Positions 1 through 8,394 of a DNA stretch of 42,443 nt are shown here, one piece after another (position 1 is the stretch's first letter; every line of letters begins with the position of its first letter). The stretch lies in the IMG/VR virus record IMGVR_UViG_3300033553_000816. One strand, 5' to 3'. A model generated the notes under the pieces. That model searched no databases. It saw only the letters and a program-made list of their open reading frames with translations, and was not told the origin of the DNA. The position numbers and the translations under genes were made by a program. Origin of the DNA: a virus (Duplodnaviria > Heunggongvirae > Uroviricota > Caudoviricetes).

Positions 1-2
1 TT

Positions 3-1028
3 TTACATTTATCTAGACACATTGCTAGGCAATCAATAAGAAAACAACCGTTACCTGATTTTTTAAAAGTCAACACAATGCTGATGGACGGAACTGTAGC
101 TAATTTAGAGAAAACCAAAAACACACAAGACATATGGTTACGCATCTCCACCCTCAAAAAAGGTAAACCCACTCTCGTCCCCATTAAACTCAACAAATAC
201 ACTAACAAACGAACCGGCCAATGGAATAATGGTGTACAGATCATAATCCGTAATAACCAAGCTCATTATGCTCTCACGAAAACATTACCTGATACTGAAC
301 CCAGAGAAACAGGTGCGGATATAGGTTTAGACTGGGGTTTGGTTAACCTGTTCACAGACTCGCGAGGCAACCAGTATGGTCAGGCGCTCTATTCTTGGTT
401 GAAAGAACGTGACCAGGAGCTCACTAATTTAACCAGTGCTTTACAGAAACAAGGGGTTAAGCCCTCCCAATCTAAACGTTACAAAATGTTTAACAAACGT
501 ATCAGTGAGTACGTCAAAAACGAAGTTAACCGGGTACTCAACAAGTTAGCATCCCAGGACATTCGTAGTTTAGCGGTTGAATCTCTAGATTTTCGCCACA
601 GTAGATTATCCCCAAGAATGAACCGACTACTCACCCGAGCTGGCAGAGGAGCTATTCGAACAAAACTCAAAGACCTAACAGAACTTTCCGGCATCACAAT
701 CCACACAATAAACCCCGCCTACACCTCACAAGAATGCTCAAAATGCGGTTGGGTATCCAAAATAAACCGCAAAACACAAACAAATTTCCAATGCACAAAA
801 TGTGATTGGTCTGGTCACGCTGACGTTAATGCAGCTCGTAACATCCTGGGACGTTCCCAGAGTGGAGATGCATGGTTATATGTTAAACGTGACATTATCC
901 GCGAGCGTTTGCTCGTGCGATACTCCGAGGAAAACACTCAGAGAACGCCTTCAACAGTAAGGCTAGCTGATACTCCCCCACTCACGCGGGAAAGTAGCCA
1001 GCTTAACTTGATTCATGAAATACCATGA
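3..1028 (+). CDS. tnpB: TnpB RNA-guided nuclease, copy 1 (5' end outside window)
   Basis: Frame is open from nt 3 (LHLSRHIARQSIRKQPLPDF aligns to copy 2). RuvC-I DIGLDWG, RuvC-II AVESLDF, zinc finger CSKC..CTKC, RuvC-III HADVNAARNI. Confidence 0.92.
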   Translation, partial: LHLSRHIARQSIRKQPLPDFLKVNTMLMDGTVANLEKTKNTQDIWLRISTLKKGKPTLVPIKLNKYTNKRTGQWNNGVQIIIRNNQAHYALTKTLPDTEPRETGADIGLDWGLVNLFTDSRGNQYGQALYSWLKERDQELTNLTSALQKQGVKPSQSKRYKMFNKRISEYVKNEVNRVLNKLASQDIRSLAVESLDFRHSRLSPRMNRLLTRAGRGAIRTKLKDLTELSGITIHTINPAYTSQECSKCGWVSKINRKTQTNFQCTKCDWSGHADVNAARNILGRSQSGDAWLYVKRDIIRERLLVRYSEENTQRTPSTVRLADTPPLTRESSQLNLIHEIP

Positions 1029-1061
1029 AAAGAGATACTGTCTATGTCGTAACTTATGTAA
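900..1061 (+). ncRNA. Putative omegaRNA of TnpB copy 1 (scaffold to ~1041, guide from ~1042)
   Basis: Similarity to copy 2 continues past the stop codon to GATACTGT (1041), then ends abruptly. Compensatory stem change GCTG/CAGC versus GTTG/CAAC. 5' boundary is approximate. Confidence 0.6.
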
Positions 1062-1201
1062 TTAAAATCAGGGTCCTCTTTAAGCTTCTCATTTATCTCC
1101 TGAAGAGTAAATACAGGGTAGTAGACTTTACAGCGTTTAGACCCTGAGCCGTCAAGACCTAGCTCACATGCCTTAACTATGCGCGTGTCTTCTGTCGCCA
1201 T
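1013..1201 (-). CDS. Hypothetical protein; last residues (SISFHGIS*) come from the TnpB element right end
   Basis: ORF with RBS (GAGG) and an upstream TTGACA promoter. 3' end overlaps the sequence shared with TnpB copy 2. Confidence 0.6.
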   Translation of the reverse strand: MATEDTRIVKACELGLDGSGSKRCKVYYPVFTLQEINEKLKEDPDFNYISYDIDSISFHGIS

Positions 1202-1236
1202 AACTGACCTCTTTCACTGTCCGAGTTTATAGTTTA

Positions 1237-1265
1237 AGTTTAGCAAGCCTGACAGTAGTTGTCAA
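1237..1265 (-). promoter_or_regulatory. Sigma70/SigA-type promoter TTGACA-17-TAAACT
   Basis: Consensus boxes with a 17-nt spacer upstream of ORF 1013..1201. Confidence 0.7.
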
Positions 1266-1294
1266 GGGGTGCCTACCTTTTGCTACCGGGACGC

Positions 1295-1326
1295 AAAAAA
1301 CGTACTAGCTATTTCTAACTAGTACG
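1295..1326 (-). terminator. Intrinsic terminator
   Basis: Stem CGTACTAG/CTAGTACG followed by T6 on the minus strand, downstream of ORF 1338..1589. Confidence 0.75.
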
Positions 1327-1337
1327 CCTAGCCGGAC

Positions 1338-1589
1338 TTACTCCCCGTTGGGGCACTCATCATAGGTGTGAGGGCAGTCCGAGCCGTTAATTGCGGTACA
1401 CATTTCACCGAGAACCTCGTAGAGGCTGTCAATGACAGCGGTGGGGAAAACATCAGCGGGGCTGTCCAAGTACACTTCCATCAGGGAGTTATAAGCGACA
1501 GCGGCCTTCTGGAAGTCATCTTCCGTGAGGAAGCGAGGCTTAGTGGTGGCGGTTACGGTTTCGTTGGATGCTGTGATTGTCATTTTCAT
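1338..1589 (-). CDS. Hypothetical protein with Cys/His-rich C-terminus
   Basis: RBS AAGGGAA before ATG 1589. TTGACT promoter upstream. Confidence 0.65.
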   Translation of the reverse strand: MKMTITASNETVTATTKPRFLTEDDFQKAAVAYNSLMEVYLDSPADVFPTAVIDSLYEVLGEMCTAINGSDCPHTYDECPNGE

Positions 1590-1669
1590 TTCCCTTGTCT
1601 CTTTATACTTTAAGTATGACACAGCTCAACAGGAAAGTCAACCACTATTTTTCGCCTATATGTAGCAGT

Positions 1670-2320
1670 ATGAGAATAATAGTAGCTGAATGCTCTGTCA
1701 TATATGCGGGGCGCGGCAACACGAAGCTAGATAAAGCTGTGCGCATGATCATGATTAAAGACGACGGTAGTGTCTCCGTTCACAGCGACGCAAGTAACAA
1801 ACCCCTAAACTATATGGGCGGAAAAGTAGCTTTTAACGTGCTTAAGGACACTCAACGGTCAAAAATATGGCTATTCGAAGCGCGTAACGAAAGTATAGAA
1901 ATCAACATCACAAAAATTTTGTCAGACACAAACCATACTCTCGCTTCGAAAGAACCGGGGTTAGTGAGAGACGGAACGGAAACACAGCTACAAGCTTGGT
2001 TAGCTGCTGACCCTACAATCATTAACCCTAACTTCCAGCTGGTGGAAAGGGAGTTCAGAACAGTTTCAGGTCCAGTTGATCTTCTATGTGAAGATCTGTC
2101 GGACGGTTCGCTGGTTGCTGTTGAAGTTAAACGCGTAGGGCTGCTGGGCGTGGTTTACCAAACGGTTCGTTATGTAGATGCGATTGAAGAACAGTTCCCG
2201 GAGACGAAAGTGAGGGGCATGGTAGCTGCTTTAGATATAAGACCTAAAACTCAACTGTTAGCTGCGAAGAAAAACCTTGAGATGTTTATAGTACCTCAGG
2301 ACTGGAAAAAAACTGAGTAA
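1670..2320 (+). CDS. nucS: Mismatch-specific endonuclease NucS/EndoMS
   Basis: MRIIVAECSVIYAGRG N-terminus, KDDGSVSVHSD, KPLNYM, GPVDLL..VEVKR (PD-D/ExK), QTVRY. No SD at 1670, probably leaderless. Confidence 0.92.
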   Translation: MRIIVAECSVIYAGRGNTKLDKAVRMIMIKDDGSVSVHSDASNKPLNYMGGKVAFNVLKDTQRSKIWLFEARNESIEINITKILSDTNHTLASKEPGLVRDGTETQLQAWLAADPTIINPNFQLVEREFRTVSGPVDLLCEDLSDGSLVAVEVKRVGLLGVVYQTVRYVDAIEEQFPETKVRGMVAALDIRPKTQLLAAKKNLEMFIVPQDWKKTE

Positions 2321-2323
2321 AAG

Positions 2324-2740
2324 TTAGCTGCCGTATATGTTTTTTCTGGCTTTTTTAACATCAGCTATCCAAGTCACAAATTTAGCATCATAACTTTGAA
2401 TAGACGCATATATCAGACTCTTCAGTTCTGGCCGTGCCTTATTATCTACATCAGCTGTTATATCCCTTACGGTGCTTAACATTTTAGCTAATGTGCTATT
2501 AGCGAAAAGAATAGCGGTGTTAATATTTCCTCTATTGTCACCCGAATTTTCCATGTAACCAAGAGCTGCCATGTATGTATCAATAAATTCGTCTACTTGA
2601 GGCGCTAAGTCAGGGTACTTGCCAGCTATACCCTCATATGAACTTAGATTTTTAAGGTGCGGGCCAACGCCATGGATCATTTCATCAACTAATATCACTC
2701 CATCTGTGATAACTTTTTGCGGGTAGAGGTTATTTAACAT
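2324..2740 (-). CDS. Hypothetical protein
   Basis: 138-aa ORF with RBS AAGGAG. Confidence 0.65.
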   Translation of the reverse strand: MLNNLYPQKVITDGVILVDEMIHGVGPHLKNLSSYEGIAGKYPDLAPQVDEFIDTYMAALGYMENSGDNRGNINTAILFANSTLAKMLSTVRDITADVDNKARPELKSLIYASIQSYDAKFVTWIADVKKARKNIYGS

Positions 2741-2906
2741 CTTCTATATCTCCTTATTAGGTGTAACGTATCCTATCGCAATGTTTAACCTGCCATTGGA
2801 ATTGCTCACCCCGTTAACTGTTACCTAATATATATAAGGTCCGCCTAAATATGCTAAACTGGTCTTATGGACGGTTGAAACCGATATTTAAGATAAGGAG
2901 CTCATC

Positions 2907-3425
2907 ATGGATAATAAAGACACTGAACGTTCTAAAACACGTGACATGATGATGGCTCAACGCTGGAATGATTTCCAGCCTATGCGATATTTAGTTAACT
3001 CTGCTGCCATGAGCCTCTCCGCTATTGCTGTGGCATTAGCCCCTTCAGTTCTTTTCAACACTTATTCTTTCTTCACAGGTGTACTGTTCGGTTTGATCTT
3101 TGCGTTACTTCTAACTAGAGCTAAAGGGCTAATTGTGAAAAGAAAAAACGAGTCAGATGGCGTTGTTAAACGAAACCAAGAGATATTAGCTTCCTTGGGT
3201 AAATATACAGACAACAACGATTTAGCTCTCGCTATGGCAGTCGCAGCAGCTTCAGAGGGCTACATAGACATTTACAGTAAAACCCTTGAAGATAGCCTCA
3301 ACAGTATTAGAGATTGGCATCGTAAGAGCGAGAAGTTCAAATTAAAATCCGATTGCTCTAAAGGGCACAGCGCCGTATGTAAACACCGTAGCCCTGAGCT
3401 TTACCAGTGGTTAACAGAAAAATAA
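2907..3425 (+). CDS. Membrane protein (2 TM)
   Basis: RBS AAGGAG; two hydrophobic segments. Confidence 0.7.
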   Translation: MDNKDTERSKTRDMMMAQRWNDFQPMRYLVNSAAMSLSAIAVALAPSVLFNTYSFFTGVLFGLIFALLLTRAKGLIVKRKNESDGVVKRNQEILASLGKYTDNNDLALAMAVAAASEGYIDIYSKTLEDSLNSIRDWHRKSEKFKLKSDCSKGHSAVCKHRSPELYQWLTEK

Positions 3426-3444
3426 ATGAAAGAAGGGTCCGAAC

Positions 3445-3993
3445 ATGAAAATAAAATATGATGAAGATATGGAGTTGACAGACCTAGCTTTACAATTCAA
3501 CCGTAAACGAATAACAGCGTGGGCTGTGACGCTCATGGTGATGGCTGCTGTGCTTGTTAAAATGGTCTATGATGCTTTCCCGGTTGATAATCTCATAATT
3601 GTGTTTGCTGTTCTAACAGGTATTGAGATTTTAAGAACCATCGACAGTAACTACAAAAGCTTCGGGTTACTAGTTTATGTTGTAGCGTTCGTTTATTTCT
3701 TAGGGTACTACCAAGTTAATATTCTAGCTGGCGCGCTGATTGGGTTAACTGGTGTTGTCCTAGGGTTCTTATTCCAACAAGTACTGTACCTCATTGGAAG
3801 TAAACCTTACTACTCGAAGGCTTTTTCGGTTTTCCCTTACCCTAAATCTTTCACCCGGATAAGCGATAAAGACATGGCTTGGTTCAAAGAAACAGTTGTT
3901 GACCCTGACCCTAGCGCATCTGAGAAACTATATGACAGGATGTCAGAGGAGAAAGACCCAAGCCCCGTAACGGAGGACGAAGGTAGGGTATGA
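3445..3993 (+). CDS. Membrane protein (~4 TM)
   Basis: Several hydrophobic segments; stop overlaps the recX start (ATGA). Confidence 0.7.
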   Translation: MKIKYDEDMELTDLALQFNRKRITAWAVTLMVMAAVLVKMVYDAFPVDNLIIVFAVLTGIEILRTIDSNYKSFGLLVYVVAFVYFLGYYQVNILAGALIGLTGVVLGFLFQQVLYLIGSKPYYSKAFSVFPYPKSFTRISDKDMAWFKETVVDPDPSASEKLYDRMSEEKDPSPVTEDEGRV

Positions 3994-4559
3994 AGAAACC
4001 TAAAATAGTTGTCATCCCAGAAAACATGACGGATGAGCAGCGAAAGAAGCTGCTGCGCCGCGCCTACAACTATTGCGTCTGGTCACTTTCGAACTCGCAG
4101 AAGACCTCTAAACAACTATCCGAGAAACTAACGCGCAAAGGCTACACTGAGGACCTTGTAGAGGAAACTCTGAATAAACTAGTAGAAGATAGTTACGTTA
4201 ATGACGAGGATTTCGCAAGGCGTTTCGTTGAATACAAACTCAACGAGAAAGGTAGCCGAGCTATCACCTATGACCTGATGCGAAAAGGTATTGACCGGGA
4301 AACTATCGAAGCGGCTTTCAGTGAAGTGGATGATTTGGAGGAGTTAGAAGAAGAAAAAGCTGTTTCTTTTGCTCTTCAGAAAGCCCGCTCATACCCACAG
4401 AATTTAGAGGAACAGAAGAAACTACAGAGACTAGTTGGGGCTTTATCCCGAAAAGGATACGCAAGCAATGTTTACACAATAGCTAAAGAAGCTTTAGCTT
4501 CAGTTGCTGCTGACAGGGCAGAAGAGGAAGCTGATTGGGAGTCCGAAGAAGATGACTAA
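3990..4559 (+). CDS. recX: RecX-family regulatory protein
   Basis: S+QT-KQL-EKL-RKGY, YVNDEDFARRFV, KGSRAI-YDL-RKGI, KL-RLVGAL-RKGY helical repeats. Confidence 0.88.
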   Translation: MKKPKIVVIPENMTDEQRKKLLRRAYNYCVWSLSNSQKTSKQLSEKLTRKGYTEDLVEETLNKLVEDSYVNDEDFARRFVEYKLNEKGSRAITYDLMRKGIDRETIEAAFSEVDDLEELEEEKAVSFALQKARSYPQNLEEQKKLQRLVGALSRKGYASNVYTIAKEALASVAADRAEEEADWESEEDD

Positions 4560-4631
4560 ACGGTTAGATTTGGTTGACATTCATAAAGCATCCCGATAGT
4601 TAACATATAACAAACTCAGGAGTGAACTTTC

Positions 4632-5180
4632 ATGAAAATTCCTTTCCTTAACAACCTCAGACGAGGTTTCGCTACTAACTCCTCATCCTCACATTCTTTA
4701 ATTCATTTCAAAACACCTCAAGGGCCAGCGCACAGTAAATCATCTAAAATAAACGCTAGTGGTTTTGAGTTAGAATACAACTGGGAGGATTTCACTCTCA
4801 GAACAATACCTGAGAAGCTCTTTTATGTACTCGTTAACCTCATCGGTAGCGGCGGCTACTGGGATGAGGATGGAATGTTAGAAGATGATGAAATAGACGG
4901 TAAATACCGAGCGTTCGGGCATCTGTTCCCTGAATTCTCTAAAGCTGATTTTAGGTTAGCTTACATGGGTAGTGTTGACCACCAGTCCAGAGCCCAGGCC
5001 CTTAAGCCAGATAAACTAGTTGAGTATGCTCGTGACCCTAACACTGTTATTTATGGCGGTAATGACAATGGTGGTTCAACAGCACATAGTATTTTAGATG
5101 ACAACTCTAAAGAAGCAGATTGGGGTATGGACGTAGGTTCCTATAGTGATAATAAAGTCTACACTAAAGACGTAAAATAG
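4632..5180 (+). CDS. Uncharacterised 'RRGFxTNSSSxHS' family protein
   Basis: Motifs RRGFATNSSSSHS, WEDF, EKLFY, VDHQS, GGNDN. Convergent with the radical SAM gene. Confidence 0.75.
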   Translation: MKIPFLNNLRRGFATNSSSSHSLIHFKTPQGPAHSKSSKINASGFELEYNWEDFTLRTIPEKLFYVLVNLIGSGGYWDEDGMLEDDEIDGKYRAFGHLFPEFSKADFRLAYMGSVDHQSRAQALKPDKLVEYARDPNTVIYGGNDNGGSTAHSILDDNSKEADWGMDVGSYSDNKVYTKDVK

Positions 5181-5183
5181 TAG

Positions 5184-6059
5184 TTACAGTTTACTGTAAC
5201 GTTCAACCCATTTGTCATCAAAAGGAACCAAGTCGTTCTTCTCATCGAAAGATGAAGCTCCCATCTCCATGGACACAGCATCTATGTAAGCGGAAACGAA
5301 CCCTTCTCTCGTGTGAAAAAGTTTCTTATCCACAGGGAAAAGACCGTTGTATTGTTCAGCTAAAGGAGTGTCAATACTGAACGTCGGGCAGACTTTCATA
5401 GCTAAAAGAAAATCAACCGCATCTATCCACCAGTCATAGTTAACTGGGATAACATTCTTCCCTCTGCCTGTGGTTTTGTATCCAAGTAAAGTAACGCGGA
5501 AACCCAGCTCAGAAGCTCTTTTCATGAAAGCAACAAAATGCTCTTTATCTTGGAGACCCATGATGTAATGAATGTTGATGCGTTCTCTCGGGATGTCTTT
5601 GAACATCACATCCGCCGAATCTAGATGCTGTATAGTGTCAGCTGAGTAAGCGAAAGCTCCAACATAAGGTTCAATCTCATCCCAGTTCCTTTTAACCCAA
5701 CCTAAAGACCGGGTTGTGAAATTAGGTACAATACCGGCATCATGGAAATCTTTCAGCATTCTAATGAAATCAGGATGATCTGTTGGTTCACCTCCACCAG
5801 CTGCTATTTCAAAAACTTTAGCTTCAGCTAGTCTTCTTATGATGAGTTGTAAATTCTCATATGACGCATGTTGACCTTCGATTGTTGAACCCTGGTAACA
5901 GAAAGTACATCCGAAAGCACAGTAATCAGTTATTTTAATGTCAACCAGTTCAGGGTATTTGCTTTTATTGTATTTACCGACAGCTAAACGTATTTTAGTA
6001 CCATTGTTAGTATCGAAGAGCGCGAGGGCGTTCTTGTCTCTACGTATTTTAATTAACAT
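5184..6059 (-). CDS. Radical SAM enzyme
   Basis: CAFGCTFC (CxxxCxxC), GGGEPT, PNFTT; C-terminal SAYIDAV. Confidence 0.92.
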   Translation of the reverse strand: MLIKIRRDKNALALFDTNNGTKIRLAVGKYNKSKYPELVDIKITDYCAFGCTFCYQGSTIEGQHASYENLQLIIRRLAEAKVFEIAAGGGEPTDHPDFIRMLKDFHDAGIVPNFTTRSLGWVKRNWDEIEPYVGAFAYSADTIQHLDSADVMFKDIPRERINIHYIMGLQDKEHFVAFMKRASELGFRVTLLGYKTTGRGKNVIPVNYDWWIDAVDFLLAMKVCPTFSIDTPLAEQYNGLFPVDKKLFHTREGFVSAYIDAVSMEMGASSFDEKNDLVPFDDKWVERYSKL

Positions 6060-6168
6060 GCGCCCTCTTCTTCTGTTCGCCTGGTTGTAACATATAACTA
6101 TCGGATTAACATAACTCCGGGTGTGTGATAAATTATTTTTTGAGCATGTTTATGCTATCATTAGTAGC

Positions 6169-6387
6169 ATGAGTATAAACAACACTGAAGAGGGTTTATC
6201 CGCCCTAGTAGAAGAGTTATCGAGTAACCAGCGGTCCTTAGGCAGACCTTTGAAGCTGTCTGAAGCTAAAGGTAGGATAATGGTTAAACTCGGCGCAACT
6301 GTCCAAGAATCTCAAGCGATTCTGAGTAAATTAGAGGCAACTGGCAAGTTATCTCTGTATAACGAAACCGTTAATATCATAGTTTGA
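6169..6387 (+). CDS. Small hypothetical protein, probably leaderless
   Basis: Extended -10 TGC-TATCAT lies 7 nt before ATG 6169. Confidence 0.55.
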   Translation: MSINNTEEGLSALVEELSSNQRSLGRPLKLSEAKGRIMVKLGATVQESQAILSKLEATGKLSLYNETVNIIV

Positions 6388-6402
6388 AAGTTTGGAGGAG
6401 CC

Positions 6403-7140
6403 GTGGGAAGCTGGAATGAAACTTGTGGGTTAACGAGTTCTGCGATCCTGGAAGGTGAAGATGTTGTAGCCCTTGTTGTACGAAAAGACATAGAAGGAGA
6501 ATGGCATCTCTATGGAGTTCCTCTTTACGGCACATATGGTGGGTATGGCAACGTAAAACTAAAACCAAGTCAGCAATATAAGTATTCTCTCTTTCCTCAA
6601 GTTCATGAAGACATGGATGCTTTCCTTAAGAGCGCTATCACTAAAAACGGGGTGGACAAATACACTAAGAAAATAATAGTTGAAGATGTGGATATACTCT
6701 TCGTTAAAGCACCAGTGTTTTCGAAGATGGTGGCGTATTTTGAAAAAACAACTTCAGATGATGGTGTTCTTCCAATCATCCCTGGGGGGTTAATAACCTA
6801 CCGGGAGCATATTGAGAAGATAGTTACACCTTATCTTCTTAGAGGTAAAGGTTTCGTTAGTAGCCTACCTCTTGAGGAGCAGGTGAAACAGATGGAAGAG
6901 GAGCAGTGGGCTGATATTCACCTCCGCCATATACTCCTTAATTTCAAACCTTTGAACAAAGCGCAGATTATCCAGGTTGTTGACATGGCAATTGTTGAAC
7001 TAATGTTTGAATGCCTCCGCAAACCGTTAACTCCTGGGGTTATGCGTGGAAGCCAAAGTGAAAACCATATGCATCTCCTTAAACTTAAAGAGGTTTCTGA
7101 GATATGTCATATTTTCAATCCTGAGGAAATAGATTATTAG
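6403..7140 (+). CDS. Hypothetical phage-type protein
   Basis: 245 aa; RBS GGAGGAG; MGSWNETCGLT start. Confidence 0.7.
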   Translation: MGSWNETCGLTSSAILEGEDVVALVVRKDIEGEWHLYGVPLYGTYGGYGNVKLKPSQQYKYSLFPQVHEDMDAFLKSAITKNGVDKYTKKIIVEDVDILFVKAPVFSKMVAYFEKTTSDDGVLPIIPGGLITYREHIEKIVTPYLLRGKGFVSSLPLEEQVKQMEEEQWADIHLRHILLNFKPLNKAQIIQVVDMAIVELMFECLRKPLTPGVMRGSQSENHMHLLKLKEVSEICHIFNPEEIDY

Positions 7141-7200
7141 ACAACTACCGTTAGAGCATAATCATGATTACCGAAAAACTAAGATAATGGGGTTGTTATA

Positions 7201-7527
7201 ATGGAATACACAGAAGTTGTAGAATTCGCAGATGCTTTAGCCAAAGCTATAAACGAAAAAAAACATAAGGGTTATTATATAGAATGCACCAAAGGCCAGA
7301 AGTATGTCAAATATGTTATACATAACACAAGTAACAACCATGGTAGTGTTCTAGCTTTCGTTGAGTTGAGCTCTGGCGATATTATTAAACCAGCTAGCTT
7401 CCAACAACCACAGAAGGAAAAAGGCGGGTTAGCTGTTCGCGGGAACATATCAACCCCCGCTGGGCGTAAAATTGTTTTAGACGCAGCTGACCCGTTCGGC
7501 GGTTTCCTCTACAAAGACAGAATGTAA
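7201..7527 (+). CDS. Conserved phage-type hypothetical protein
   Basis: GQKYVK..GSVLAFVE..GDIIKPASF..P..VRGNI pattern, recalled from phage proteins. Confidence 0.7.
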   Translation: MEYTEVVEFADALAKAINEKKHKGYYIECTKGQKYVKYVIHNTSNNHGSVLAFVELSSGDIIKPASFQQPQKEKGGLAVRGNISTPAGRKIVLDAADPFGGFLYKDRM

Positions 7528-7559
7528 TTAGTTTCAAACAACACCGAAGGTAAAATTTT

Positions 7560-7763
7560 ATGGAAGAAGTAAACGAGCATGTCACAGTCCCCATTCCTGA
7601 TGGTAGCGTAGGTATATATGTTAAAGGAGTCTATGATGGTGTTATTATCTGGATGCTTGTAGATGGAACATACATCAACAGGTTCGAAGGTGTTCCCGGT
7701 TACGAGCATGTTGCTGCTGAAGCTGCCAAATACATCGACCGTATGGAAACCAAAAATAGTTAG
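7560..7763 (+). CDS. Small hypothetical protein
   Basis: 67-aa ORF following the previous gene. Confidence 0.55.
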   Translation: MEEVNEHVTVPIPDGSVGIYVKGVYDGVIIWMLVDGTYINRFEGVPGYEHVAAEAAKYIDRMETKNS

Positions 7764-8209
7764 CCAGTTAAATAACTCAATGCTTCTTCTATCTTTCTGA
7801 AACGCTTAAGGTTATATCTTGAAACAACTATATCTACGTTACCTTGACGCCAGAAACCATCCGGGCAAACAACAATGATTTCTTTACCTAATTGAGAACA
7901 AATCCCTAACTCTAGAAGGCTTATAGGGCTTTTAGAATTAGGGTCGAAATAAAACAACACCACATCAGCGTTCTCTAAATTCTCTAACTCCCAACTCACC
8001 TGGCCAAAGAAAACAGGATTACCAATGCTCTGCTCCCAGCTGTTATCCCAATCTCCTCTGCGCGGGTTAAAAACATCATAACTACCGGAAAGCTCTTCAG
8101 TCACTTTGGTTTGCCAGTCCTCGCTGTTACCCTTTTCTATAGTTCCAGCTAAGAAAATACTTTTAGGGAACTCTCTGCGAGGGGTGTGAGGAGGATAATT
8201 AACAGCCAT
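7760..8209 (-). CDS. Nucleoside 2-deoxyribosyltransferase-like protein
   Basis: IFLAGTI, DWQ, VFNPRR..W, QVSWE, ADVVLFYF, SPISLLELG (catalytic Glu). Confidence 0.85.
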   Translation of the reverse strand: MAVNYPPHTPRREFPKSIFLAGTIEKGNSEDWQTKVTEELSGSYDVFNPRRGDWDNSWEQSIGNPVFFGQVSWELENLENADVVLFYFDPNSKSPISLLELGICSQLGKEIIVVCPDGFWRQGNVDIVVSRYNLKRFRKIEEALSYLTG

Positions 8210-8394
8210 TTTAACGTCCTTAACTTAAGTAGCGGCACCCATATACGACCGATAATATATTTTAACAGAAGAATAGTTATAGTAATTATATTTTAGCTTA
8301 TTTACGGAACGAATTATGTGATACGTAAACACCTTAATTGCCTATATAACAGATGTAGTGTGTTGATTTTTTATACCCAAGGAGCCTGAGTTTT

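Noticed and set aside
1042-1061. TnpB guide targets elsewhere in the window
   Set aside because: I saw no second match to either guide by eye; an exhaustive search is needed to exclude one.
1033-1065. Element right end designed to supply an in-frame stop (SIxFHGIS*) in both insertions
   Set aside because: In copy 2, where I checked, all three antisense frames stop within ~40 nt. Matching frames in two cases is unremarkable.
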